Shown here piece after piece: positions 28,451-37,148 of a stretch of 59,528 bases of DNA. The stretch comes from a virus (taxonomy: Duplodnaviria; Caudoviricetes): IMG/VR virus record IMGVR_UViG_3300003885_000003, positions 1 through 59,528 of that record, one strand, 5' to 3'. The notes under the pieces are model-generated. The model saw only the letters and a program-made list of their open reading frames with translations, did not search any database and had not been told where the DNA came from. The position numbers and the translations under genes were made by a program. Within the stretch, counting starts at the first letter, position 1. Each line of letters starts with the position of its first letter.

Positions 28451-29825
28451 TTTTCTTCACCTCATAATCAGTCAAATTGTAATCAGACGCTGCGCCTAAT
28501 TCAGCTGCATCAAAAAATGCCTTAGCGGAATTACCCGCAGCCAGCGCAGCCTTTAGAGAATCTTGCGCATAATCAGGTACTTCTTTTGCGCCTTGTAACT
28601 GACGGCCGTGCCCTAATTCGCGGAATTCAATCACACCACTTGCCTGAATGTCACCAAGAATCTGCGTGGCAAATCCCAACTGAGCTGGATTAAGTGTTAA
28701 AAGCCACGTTTTCAGATCGTCTGGTTTTACTGGCAATCCTCGCGGGATGTCAGATGTGCCGGCTGTGACCTGCTGCGTAAATTCGCTAATCGTAGCCTCA
28801 CGGCGAATGCTGGCGATCATCTGCGACGCTTCTGTACTGGCCCGTTCGCGCATGATGTCGTACTGGTCAAGCATCGCTTGCTTGAATTCTTTGACCACCT
28901 CATCTCCTGCGTCTTGCATTTCCAGGAAATGGAGTACATCAAATGCCGGGGTATCTGGCTCTGCTGGTTTTTCGATCACGGCCGTTTTCACTGCGCTTTC
29001 AAGCGCACCCTTGACCTGACCAGCAACCAATTCGGCCAAATCGTCTTTAGTTATATTCATTGTTAGTACCTCATCACTTTCATTAGGTTCTTCCTCTATC
29101 GCCTGAACCGGTTCATTTTCAGCCGCTATCATTTCAAAATGTTTAATGCCATCAGCCAATTCAATCGCTGTAAAAAGCGGAATGCCTTTTTCGTCAACCG
29201 TTGCCGGCCAATTTGTAAGGCTACCACCTACGATCACTTTGTTTACCAGATCGACATTTGGAGAGAAGTTGGCCTGGATTTTGTCTTTAATCAGGCCAAC
29301 GCCTAGTTTTGTCCACTCTGCAACAATACTGAGTACTGCCACTGATTCGCCGTTGCTATCGGTGACTTCCCCTTGCTCGGCGCCCACGATCCACCCGGCA
29401 GCATCTGCGCGGTCATGATTGCGGGCGTCAATGGGCAAGCCCGGCATATTTTTGGTTTTGTATTCCTGAATACGCGCAAGTGTATTTACAAGAAATACCG
29501 GCAAATCTTTAGCGGCAAAAGACACTTCGCGACCAATCCGGTCAGCAAATGTACCAACCGCAAAACCAGGGAATGGTTTACCAGGTGTTAGGCCATCTAA
29601 ATCAAAAAACAAAAAATCTTTGTGCATAGGCATCTCAGCCTCCATCATTCTCTTTACGGCCGTGTTCGCGAATCGGAATGCCAGTCCTTCGCAATCATCA
29701 CCACTGCGATCATTGCAGCTTTTGAACGTTGCGTTAAATGTTTTAACGAATGCACTCCGCTGGGCAGCAGACATTCGTTTAATGCGGGCGGGCAATGATT
29801 TATCGTCTATTCCAGAATACGGCAT
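28443..29825 (-). CDS. ChaB-like domain fused to Mu-type prohead protease / scaffold
   Basis: MPY...LP...AFVKTFN...AFRFANTAVK; PIDARNH...AAGWI...EWT..G...FSP...LTNWPA; helical C-terminus. Confidence 0.85.
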   Translation of the reverse strand: MPYSGIDDKSLPARIKRMSAAQRSAFVKTFNATFKSCNDRSGDDCEGLAFRFANTAVKRMMEAEMPMHKDFLFFDLDGLTPGKPFPGFAVGTFADRIGREVSFAAKDLPVFLVNTLARIQEYKTKNMPGLPIDARNHDRADAAGWIVGAEQGEVTDSNGESVAVLSIVAEWTKLGVGLIKDKIQANFSPNVDLVNKVIVGGSLTNWPATVDEKGIPLFTAIELADGIKHFEMIAAENEPVQAIEEEPNESDEVLTMNITKDDLAELVAGQVKGALESAVKTAVIEKPAEPDTPAFDVLHFLEMQDAGDEVVKEFKQAMLDQYDIMRERASTEASQMIASIRREATISEFTQQVTAGTSDIPRGLPVKPDDLKTWLLTLNPAQLGFATQILGDIQASGVIEFRELGHGRQLQGAKEVPDYAQDSLKAALAAGNSAKAFFDAAELGAASDYNLTDYEVKKNG

Positions 29826-29841
29826 AATATTTTCAGGCAAC

Positions 29842-29880
29842 AAAAAAGAGGCGCATTTTCCGAAGGAAATGCGCCTCTAG
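29842..29880 (-). terminator. Terminator in the leader of the head operon
   Basis: agaggcgcatttcc-ttcg-gaaaatgcgcctct followed by T run on the minus strand, downstream of TTGACA-17-TAATAT. Confidence 0.75.
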
Positions 29881-29958
29881 TTTTTTCAACTCTAAGCTAT
29901 TATATTTATATTATGTTATTTAGGTCTTTTTGTCAAGCAAAATAAATCAATACAATAC

Positions 29959-30014
29959 AAAAGCGCCCGGCATCTGGAGGACAAGCCGAGCTCTTTCAGG
30001 TAAGGAGACCAACA
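29959..30014 (-). ncRNA. Candidate anti-SD sRNA, copy C (3' UTR-like)
   Basis: gttggtctcctta followed by hairpin and U tract; homologous to copies at 32725 and 34683. Confidence 0.4.
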
Positions 30015-30016
30015 TT

Positions 30017-30916
30017 TCATTCTGGATTATTAACACCATTATATGGTGTACCAATCAACTTTATTTTCTTCATTTTCATCGCAGTAGTTGGCTTTACATA
30101 TGATAATGGTAAATCTGTCATCCACTTATTCCACGCATAAGCAGAAACGCGCGCAAATGCAACCGTTTTATATCTTACGAATTCGCCCGTATTACGACCA
30201 ACACTCATCTTTATAAAACTTTTATGTAACGCAAGTCTAGGGTCTTTTCCAGACAATTCGTTTAACTGAGCTACAGACTGCCAAAAATCCAATGCACGAC
30301 TCGGTTGGTATTTATATGTTATCATTGCAATAGACATAATACCCTTTGATTCTATTTTGCTACGAATCATTGAATCACACGGGGAAATAGCGTTTCTAAT
30401 AGCAGTAAATTCATCCAAGTACTTATATACAAATTGTATTGTATCTTCATGTGATACAATTGGCTTGCTTGCACTTGTTGGAAAACCTGCTTGAATATAC
30501 ATTGCTGCTGCTGACAATTTATTAGTAAGTCCCTTTGTCAACCCTATTTTTTCAGGGATACCATAGGCCGTTAAGCTGTCAGAATATGTTCGACTTTTGC
30601 CAATGTCATAATGGGCATATAGTGTTTTAACTTCATCTTCACTTATTACATAATGTTTTACAATTGGATTCTGTTTTAATGTGACTCCCGATTCCCGAAC
30701 TGATAAAAGCGTATGCTGCCCATTGACTAAAATACGTTTATTATTTAGCACAGCAAATGCAATCGTATTTGATGGGTTCCACGCACCATTACGCATTTCA
30801 TTTGCGTAGTGCAAAATACGCTGTTTGTTAATTGGTCGATTGCTGGCAAAGTTTTCGTCTATCCACATCGCAGCTTTCGCGGGAGTAATATTTTCTATTG
30901 TTGCAACTGTATTCAT
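30017..30916 (-). CDS. ParB/DGQHR-like phage protein
   Basis: ITP..A......NRP......YA.EM..G.W.....I.F......NGQHTL. Confidence 0.7.
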   Translation of the reverse strand: MNTVATIENITPAKAAMWIDENFASNRPINKQRILHYANEMRNGAWNPSNTIAFAVLNNKRILVNGQHTLLSVRESGVTLKQNPIVKHYVISEDEVKTLYAHYDIGKSRTYSDSLTAYGIPEKIGLTKGLTNKLSAAAMYIQAGFPTSASKPIVSHEDTIQFVYKYLDEFTAIRNAISPCDSMIRSKIESKGIMSIAMITYKYQPSRALDFWQSVAQLNELSGKDPRLALHKSFIKMSVGRNTGEFVRYKTVAFARVSAYAWNKWMTDLPLSYVKPTTAMKMKKIKLIGTPYNGVNNPE

Positions 30917-31063
30917 CGTTTAATCTCCATGTTATTTTATGCAAAAAACGCACGTTTTTTTGTTGCATATTTACAACAAAAAAACACGTTATATGAAAAA
31001 TCTATTGACAAGTTTTGCAAGAAGATTAAAATGACACTAGTCAAGTACATTTTATTTCCCTTA

Positions 31064-31095
31064 CAAAGGCTCGCTCAATTAAGCGAGCCTTTTCT
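31064..31095 (+). terminator. Intrinsic terminator
   Basis: aaaggctcgct-caatta-agcgagcctttt. Confidence 0.75.
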
Positions 31096-31412
31096 TGTTA
31101 TTTCATAATATATACGACAACTTCTTATCCGTCAATCAAAAATACGTAACTAAACTTACCCCAACCTCTCTAATCGCACACCGTGATTTACCCGCAGCCA
31201 CCACACCCCGTCTATCGCCATAACCTGAATCATCATGGACCATCAGTGCCATGATTCTGCGGTGCAATTTTGCCGAACGGCCGTTGGTAGGCAATCATAA
31301 TTTATGATTTCTTCAACAAATTCAATAAGCGGTTCAACAAGTTCAAGAATTACATCCAATTCTGCAAAAAACGCTTCTTCCTTACTCGATGCCAAATAGT
31401 TTTCAAACATAG

Positions 31413-31685
31413 TTACCTCAACTTTTCCAGAATATTCATAACGCCCCTTGCCCATTCGTTCATATCAAATGTAAACTCCCGCGACCATTTCTCTATATCA
31501 AATATGTTTATATCGGAGTCAGTAACGGCCGGCGCTTGCAATAAGCCGCGTCGTTGCAGTTCTTCACGAATAATCATAGCCGCCTGCATTCGCGGTTCAC
31601 GCCGTTCAATTTGGGACAATTTGACCAGCCCGCGCCGCTCATCATCTTGTAGTTTTATAAAAATTCTCATTTTTTCACCATCCAA
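31413..31685 (-). CDS. Small DNA-binding protein (ribbon-helix-helix-like)
   Basis: RIFIKL...L..LS..ERR.PR.QAA.IIREEL. Confidence 0.55.
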   Translation of the reverse strand: MDGEKMRIFIKLQDDERRGLVKLSQIERREPRMQAAMIIREELQRRGLLQAPAVTDSDINIFDIEKWSREFTFDMNEWARGVMNILEKLR

Positions 31686-31832
31686 CTGTCACAACACCGT
31701 TCTTATAGTATCAGTACATCCGTTCTGCTTCGCATCGAAATGTTTTGATGAACCGCTGTACTCGCCACTGCTGCTTATGTGTTTTTGCGTGCATACGGCC
31801 GTATCAATGCTTCTGATGATTGAGCGATAATC

Positions 31833-32075
31833 TTAATCGCCTTCATATGCAATAATTGCACGAATAATCAGTTCAGCAACTTCTCTGTTACTTTCATCAA
31901 GAGGAACAAAAAACGCCTGGCCATCGTTATCACCAACTGATAAAGCATCAAAAACAAACATATCGGGACAGACTTCTTTTACCTTCCGTTCGTGTTCTGT
32001 CGCAGGTATCGCCTCATACTTTGCTGTTCTCGAAGCAATCGCTGCTTTTTTTAACCGTGCTAAAGTCCAGTTCAT
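31833..32075 (-). CDS. Hypothetical protein
   Basis: AAGGT SD. Confidence 0.55.
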   Translation of the reverse strand: MNWTLARLKKAAIASRTAKYEAIPATEHERKVKEVCPDMFVFDALSVGDNDGQAFFVPLDESNREVAELIIRAIIAYEGD

Positions 32076-32316
32076 TTCATCTACCTTAGCGTCCTCAAAA
32101 CGGCGGCGCTTCAGTGCCAGCTATTACGTGTGTCAGATTTATAAACGCATCATCGAATGATGTGCCATACGCATAATGTTGCCCTGCTGAAATGCTCCAT
32201 CCATCAGCCCGCCGGGAAATGTTGAATGTATCATAGCCTAATTCACCAATCGTCTGCTCCATAATTTATTGAGCTTTTCGTCGATGGGACGGGGTTATGT
32301 TTTTCATGTTAAAACC

Positions 32317-32577
32317 CTATTTGTTAAACGTAATATTAAAAATACCGATCACATCATCTTCCACATTATGCCGCTGTGCATATAACGCTAAACGAATCGC
32401 AGTGTCTTTCAGCCAATAATCAGTATTTTCATACTCACTCAACAAATCAGTTGAATAACCCCATCGTGCCTCAAGTTGCAATATGCGGAGAGCAACCACC
32501 GACGGAGGTAAATGCCATAGCTCATACGCAATTGCAGCTATCATTGTGTACGAGCTTTTTGTAACTGAAGTCGTCAT
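32317..32577 (-). CDS. Hypothetical protein behind a structured leader
   Basis: ATG of MTTSVTKS follows a terminator-like leader. Confidence 0.55.
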   Translation of the reverse strand: MTTSVTKSSYTMIAAIAYELWHLPPSVVALRILQLEARWGYSTDLLSEYENTDYWLKDTAIRLALYAQRHNVEDDVIGIFNITFNK

Positions 32578-32589
32578 AGTTTCTACTTC

Positions 32590-32700
32590 CAAAATACAAA
32601 ACGCCGCTTTGTCGTGGTAGTGGCTCCAGTGAAAAGCCATTGACAAAAGCGGCGTAGGTCTAATTGTATCACCGTAAGCCATCGCTACCACACGATATAC
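32590..32700 (-). promoter_or_regulatory. Attenuator-like structured leader
   Basis: TATAAT at 32705-32710 (minus); terminator stem acgccgct..gtc/gac..agcggcgtttt with a competing 5' pairing segment. Confidence 0.55.
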
Positions 32701-32724
32701 GAAAATTATACTGCAAATTTATAC

Positions 32725-32786
32725 AAAAAGAAAGCGACTGGCACAGGATAACCAATCGCTTTCTATAAGGAGACCAACAAGTCACA
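32725..32786 (-). ncRNA. Candidate anti-SD sRNA, copy A
   Basis: TGnTATACT at 32792-32800 (minus); gtgtgacttgttggtctccttata, then gaaagcga/tcgctttc hairpin and U tract; no ORF. Confidence 0.55.
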
Positions 32787-32840
32787 CCTATAGTATAACA
32801 TAAAAAGTGAGGACGGCCGTTTGTCAACAACGCGATATAT

Positions 32841-33539
32841 TCAATAGAGCTTTAACGGATTGATTTCACATGTCTGTAAAAACAAGTTACCCGTCCCTCC
32901 AAATTCTTTATGTCCACCACGCAAATCGCACTTTGATTCTATTTTACCAATAGTAGGTACAATAACCAGGTCTATACCCTTCACCTGGATATTTTCATCA
33001 CAGACTTCATCGATCACAAACATGCTGTCAGGAAACGGAAATGTTCTGTTTTTTATAGAATCAATAATGACATTCTGTGCAGCCATTCCTTTATTGCTAG
33101 TAGTCATGCTATTTCTAATAGAATGCGCTATTAAAATATCTTGCGGTATACGTGCCCAAACACACCCATTCAATTTGTCAGGAGGAACCAAATACCCACC
33201 AGAAGTCCGTACCTTTTGTGTACCCACAAACTGATATACAGCAACTTTTCTATACTTACCTGTTCTTATCGCTATTACAGCATTACTCGGTGAAAACGAA
33301 TATATGTGTTTTGCCACAAAGCAAACATGAGCAATCAAATCGCTTTTATGCTTTTGAATACCATAGTCAATCAATCCAATACACGGGTCTGCTTGCCCAC
33401 GTAGCCACAATGATATGCACTCAGTATCCCCACAAGTTATCCCATAGGCTGATTTTCGTTTACGGCAAATTGGGCATAGGCTCGTTTTTTCAACATAATG
33501 CACAGCCTCAGCTACCCCGTAATGATCTCTATATCTCAT
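32841..33539 (-). CDS. Zn-finger plus PD-(D/E)xK-like nuclease
   Basis: CPIC...C...C; QVKGIDLV...KIESKCD...TGNLFLQ; coupled to the MTase. Confidence 0.6.
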   Translation of the reverse strand: MRYRDHYGVAEAVHYVEKTSLCPICRKRKSAYGITCGDTECISLWLRGQADPCIGLIDYGIQKHKSDLIAHVCFVAKHIYSFSPSNAVIAIRTGKYRKVAVYQFVGTQKVRTSGGYLVPPDKLNGCVWARIPQDILIAHSIRNSMTTSNKGMAAQNVIIDSIKNRTFPFPDSMFVIDEVCDENIQVKGIDLVIVPTIGKIESKCDLRGGHKEFGGTGNLFLQTCEINPLKLY

Positions 33540-34557
33540 TGCCCCAAATATCCCATCCCTCCGCAGCTTTTCTTGCAAACAATTCTATGCGTTTTCCATA
33601 TGTATAAAGATCATCAATAATTTCTCTAAATTCTTTTGGTTTTTCAGAATGAGTTCTTGATTTTTGAATACTGATAACGCTATCGTAAAGCTTGGAATTG
33701 TCCGGCAAACAACTTCCACGAGTACAGACCAGTAAAAATTCATGCCGAACACTGTTATAATGCCCAAAGTTATGACCGACTTTATCCCACACAAATGAGG
33801 TCTTGTACTTAAATCCCCACGCCTCAATAATCGGAATACATTCAACTAATAGAGGCGATGTGACCCATAAAAACAAAACGGCATCGTTTTCCACTATTGC
33901 CTTTACTGGCAACTCGCACAATTCTTTTATACTCATATCAGAATAATGCCGATTGACACGGCCGTAATTATCGTTTTCAGTTATCACCCCACTATCCCCA
34001 TAACGCCAGGGCGGGTCGGCATAAACGATACGATACTTATCATCAGGTAATTGTGGCGCGTTTTTTCGTTCTGCTACAAGGGCCTCTCGCTTATATTGAT
34101 GTGCAAGTCTACCAAAAACAGAATTTGTTATTGCTGTACTTTCTGTTTCTATTTCGTCTAAGGCATCTACAAAAACATCTTGTGGTATTAGTGCCAACTC
34201 CTGCCACCGCCGCGCCTGGCGTTCATGTATGCCATTGTCAGTTATGGTCTGAGTGTATTCGCTTGGGCTAGAATCGGACAGGCTGTCCGATTCTAGTTTT
34301 GTATATCTATTGCCATGTCCCCGCTCCAACTCGCGCAGCATCTCCCCTATCGCACGCTGCGTCAGTAGCTCACGGCGCTTAATACGATTGTACTCAGATA
34401 CAGCAACATTAGCAGCTTTAGCTATTTCACCCAACGCCTTTAGCTGCTTCTGTATAATGGTAACATCCCCCATTGTTTGCGCTTCTACAAGACGTAAATC
34501 AATCTCATCTAATTGACGGTCTATTGCACTTATTGTTTGTATTTGATTGTTGGTCAT
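33529..34557 (-). CDS. MT-A70 family N6-adenine DNA methyltransferase
   Basis: YADPPW, VLFLWVT, WGFKYKT, HEFLLV..RG, HSEKP, RIELFAR, GWDIWGNE. Confidence 0.92.
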   Translation of the reverse strand: MTNNQIQTISAIDRQLDEIDLRLVEAQTMGDVTIIQKQLKALGEIAKAANVAVSEYNRIKRRELLTQRAIGEMLRELERGHGNRYTKLESDSLSDSSPSEYTQTITDNGIHERQARRWQELALIPQDVFVDALDEIETESTAITNSVFGRLAHQYKREALVAERKNAPQLPDDKYRIVYADPPWRYGDSGVITENDNYGRVNRHYSDMSIKELCELPVKAIVENDAVLFLWVTSPLLVECIPIIEAWGFKYKTSFVWDKVGHNFGHYNSVRHEFLLVCTRGSCLPDNSKLYDSVISIQKSRTHSEKPKEFREIIDDLYTYGKRIELFARKAAEGWDIWGNEI

Positions 34558-34682
34558 TAGTGAATTCTCCTTAGCTTGTCCTCAGCGCAACGGATGGAGT
34601 GTGGCAACCTGCTAAGGAATAGGCGTTCAACTAGGTTATAAAGCTAGTCTAGCCACACTGAAAAGTATACCACATAGTTGTT

Positions 34683-34751
34683 AAAGCGAAAGCGACCAGT
34701 CCAAGAGTGGGAACCGGCCGCTTTCTATAAGGAGGTCAACAAGTCACACAT
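34683..34751 (-). ncRNA. Candidate anti-SD sRNA, copy B
   Basis: TGcTATAAT at 34757-34765 (minus); gtgtgacttgttgacctccttata followed by gaaagcg/cgctttc hairpin. Confidence 0.55.
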
Positions 34752-34795
34752 CATAGATTATAGCATACTTTCGCTATTTTCACTTAATATAAAAG

Positions 34796-34861
34796 TGTAT
34801 AGCAGTTAACACAAAAAGTGTAGCGTCGTTGATAAAGATTGGACTATAAATCGTTTATACT
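34796..34861 (+). promoter_or_regulatory. Tandem TGTA-N8-TACA-like boxes plus TATACT (cassette 4 promoter)
   Basis: tgtatagcagttaaca 34796-34811, tgtagcgtcgttgata 34819-34834, TATACT 34856-34861. Confidence 0.7.
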
Positions 34862-35048
34862 ATAGTTAGATAGGAACCCGGCTTAAGAGTATGGCAACTG
34901 GAACGAGAAACCCGGTAAAAATAAATGAAATCGTTGGAGATGCAAACAAGCAATTAAGTGGAATTGCAAGCAGATAAAGAGAGCAACGAACAAAAAGAAG
35001 TTGCCCCAACTGAACTTCCACTTAATTGAAAGGATATTTAATTTAGCA

Positions 35049-35204
35049 ATGAAAACACACTACTTGAACGAATGGCAGAAAAAAGCATTAACAATTTACT
35101 ACGACAAATATGGTGAATCAGCAACAGTTGATGCCATAAAATCATTTGAACAGACTGGGAAACTCGGTAAAGCAATGCTTAAATTCGCACCAAAGGATAT
35201 TTAA
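35049..35204 (+). CDS. Small hypothetical protein
   Basis: AAGGA SD within a 24-bp junction repeat. Confidence 0.55.
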   Translation: MKTHYLNEWQKKALTIYYDKYGESATVDAIKSFEQTGKLGKAMLKFAPKDI

Positions 35205-35211
35205 TTTAGCA

Positions 35212-35412
35212 ATGATTAACATACACACAAATGACCTGGAAATTGAAATGGTAGTCTACAACGAATGGACAGGCAAAAACACGCTAACGGCGTGGGAATG
35301 GGGACTACACAACGGGAAAATGTTCAAGCGATGGTTTGCCAGATATGAAGGCGAAAATTGGGCACACATGCTGTTTAATCAACCGCAGATCGTGAAATTA
35401 GCTAGTGGATGA
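35212..35412 (+). CDS. Small hypothetical protein
   Basis: Same 24-bp junction repeat precedes the ATG. Confidence 0.55.
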   Translation: MINIHTNDLEIEMVVYNEWTGKNTLTAWEWGLHNGKMFKRWFARYEGENWAHMLFNQPQIVKLASG

Positions 35413-35467
35413 TGCGAAACGGCCGTAACCGGCCGTCATGGGGATTGGCAACCCCATCTGATGAGCA
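35401..35467 (+). ncRNA. Type II hammerhead ribozyme
   Basis: TGC-GAAA-[CGGCCG taac CGGCCG]-TC-[ATGGGG attggcaa CCCCAT]-CTGATGA-GCA: complete core, GUC cleavage triplet and three stems. Confidence 0.9.
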
Positions 35468-35577
35468 GCTAAAGTAAATCAAATCAAAGATTTTTAGAGA
35501 CGATGAAAAGCCAGCGATGGCCACGGCTTAATCTTAGCGACCTGAGCAAGTCAAAAAACTGCTTAAAGGATTTTATA

Positions 35578-35760
35578 ATGTACAAATATACAAAAGTTTA
35601 CAAACACGGCGATCTATACGATGTACCAATGACAGCCGATGAAATTAAGGAATATTTCCAGGATTTGCCTGACCCGGAAGCAGCAATAAACTGGCTTCAT
35701 AAGACGGGGGAGTATAACCTAACATTTGTTTTAATAATTGCAACGGAGATAAAAGAGTGA
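35578..35760 (+). CDS. Small hypothetical protein
   Basis: AAGGA SD before MYKYTK. Confidence 0.55.
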   Translation: MYKYTKVYKHGDLYDVPMTADEIKEYFQDLPDPEAAINWLHKTGEYNLTFVLIIATEIKE

Positions 35761-36014
35761 TATTTGAAACGAGCTCAATAAAAGAAATCATGGAACGAGT
35801 GCATAAAGGCGCAAAAAGATGGCCAACCATTAGGGTGACAAAAGCCGGCAGTAATCCAGGATTTTGCAGAGAGTACTACCGGGGAGTGGAGACGGGGACG
35901 CTTTATTGCCTACAAGAAGATAATGGGCAGGGAAAGGATAAAACCCCATACATTTGCACTCAAGATGGAGAGCCAAGCCACAAAATCGACGCTATTCTGC
36001 AAGTGCAGGTATAG
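35757..36014 (+). CDS. Hypothetical protein
   Basis: GTGA overlap with the previous gene. Confidence 0.6.
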   Translation: MIFETSSIKEIMERVHKGAKRWPTIRVTKAGSNPGFCREYYRGVETGTLYCLQEDNGQGKDKTPYICTQDGEPSHKIDAILQVQV

Positions 36015-36042
36015 CCAGCCAATAAATGGAGGTAACAGCAAA

Positions 36043-36447
36043 ATGAAACGGAGACAGCCGATACAGGTAACGGTTGAAACGATTATAAAGGCTCATGATT
36101 GCACGGCCGTTTTTCGCGATGCAATCCACAATCACGACGAGTTTATGATAAAAATATGCAGTGATGGGTTTATGCCGCTAGTGATTGAAGTCACCACTAA
36201 CGGAGAAATTTCGATAGCTCATTACTACACCCAAAACGGCGACGCAATGCGCGATCCAGAAATAACCCTGAACCCGCGAACGTGGAAAGGAACCAGCTTT
36301 ACACAGGACAGTTTAGGGATTTATCAGGAAGTTGGACAAGGTTGCTACAATCCAGGACTCGAAGATTTTTTGAGATCGTGGAGCAAAAACTTGAGAATGC
36401 AGGGGTTTTGCAACAAAGACAGAAATGCCGAGATAGTGACCGCGTAA
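36043..36447 (+). CDS. DUF1249/DUF6908-like protein
   Basis: ISIAHYYTQNGDAMRDPEI...FL.SW.KNL..QGF; GGAGG SD. Confidence 0.7.
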   Translation: MKRRQPIQVTVETIIKAHDCTAVFRDAIHNHDEFMIKICSDGFMPLVIEVTTNGEISIAHYYTQNGDAMRDPEITLNPRTWKGTSFTQDSLGIYQEVGQGCYNPGLEDFLRSWSKNLRMQGFCNKDRNAEIVTA

Positions 36448-36510
36448 AAACAAAGGCCCGTGTTAGCTGCGAACTAACACGGGCAAATAACCAAAAAAGG
36501 TAGGGCTTTT

Positions 36511-36945
36511 TCATTTCAGTGCATCCCCATATCCATCCGCTTGCTCAGGTGTTAATCGCTTCGATAACCGAAGCAAGACCACTCCATTCTGATAATGATA
36601 TTCAGTTAACGCCGGCAACGCTTCAATTAATGCTGCCAGGTATTCACGGCGATTTGTTGCATCACCTTCACTAGCAAACACCTCAATCGAACCCCCGTCT
36701 ATCGTATCAAATTCATCAATATATTGTACTTCCAACCGCGTATCACGGAAATTTATTTTGCTGGTGTACCCGCCAGGCCGTCCTAGCAATTCATTCGGAT
36801 CACTCACTGCTGTAAATTCCAATGATTCGCCAATAGGTAATCCGTCCTTGCTGAGTGCCAAAAGCACATCATTAGCGGTTTGCGGCTCAGGCTGACAAGC
36901 TGTCAACAATAACACGAAAAACAAAATTGTAATTTTAGCAATCAT
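36511..36945 (-). CDS. Lipoprotein
   Basis: LLTAC lipobox; DPNELLGRPGGYTSK...GGSIEVF. Confidence 0.8.
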   Translation of the reverse strand: MIAKITILFFVLLLTACQPEPQTANDVLLALSKDGLPIGESLEFTAVSDPNELLGRPGGYTSKINFRDTRLEVQYIDEFDTIDGGSIEVFASEGDATNRREYLAALIEALPALTEYHYQNGVVLLRLSKRLTPEQADGYGDALK

Positions 36946-37148
36946 TTCACAATCCTTCGCCGTTCCTGCCGTGTAAAAAACAAACGGCCGTCATCTGAAA
37001 GTGCGTGCATCTGCTGAAGCTGTCGCTGCGCTAATAACCCCACCTCATGCGCCTGTTGCATTATTACATACCAATGAGCGGCCGTTTGTTGTTCCTGCTC
37101 AGACGGTTCAGATATAAATACACGATACTGCGGTGATGGTTCAGTCAC
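36942..37148 (-). CDS. Hypothetical protein
   Basis: Coupled to the lipoprotein gene. Confidence 0.5.
   Translation of the reverse strand: MTEPSPQYRVFISEPSEQEQQTAAHWYVIMQQAHEVGLLAQRQLQQMHALSDDGRLFFTRQERRRIVK

Noticed and set aside
32578-32691. N-terminal extension MVAMAYGD... of ORF 32317..32691
   Set aside because: It coincides with a structured leader and terminator; the ATG at 32577 is the more plausible start, though an Ash-like leader peptide is not excluded
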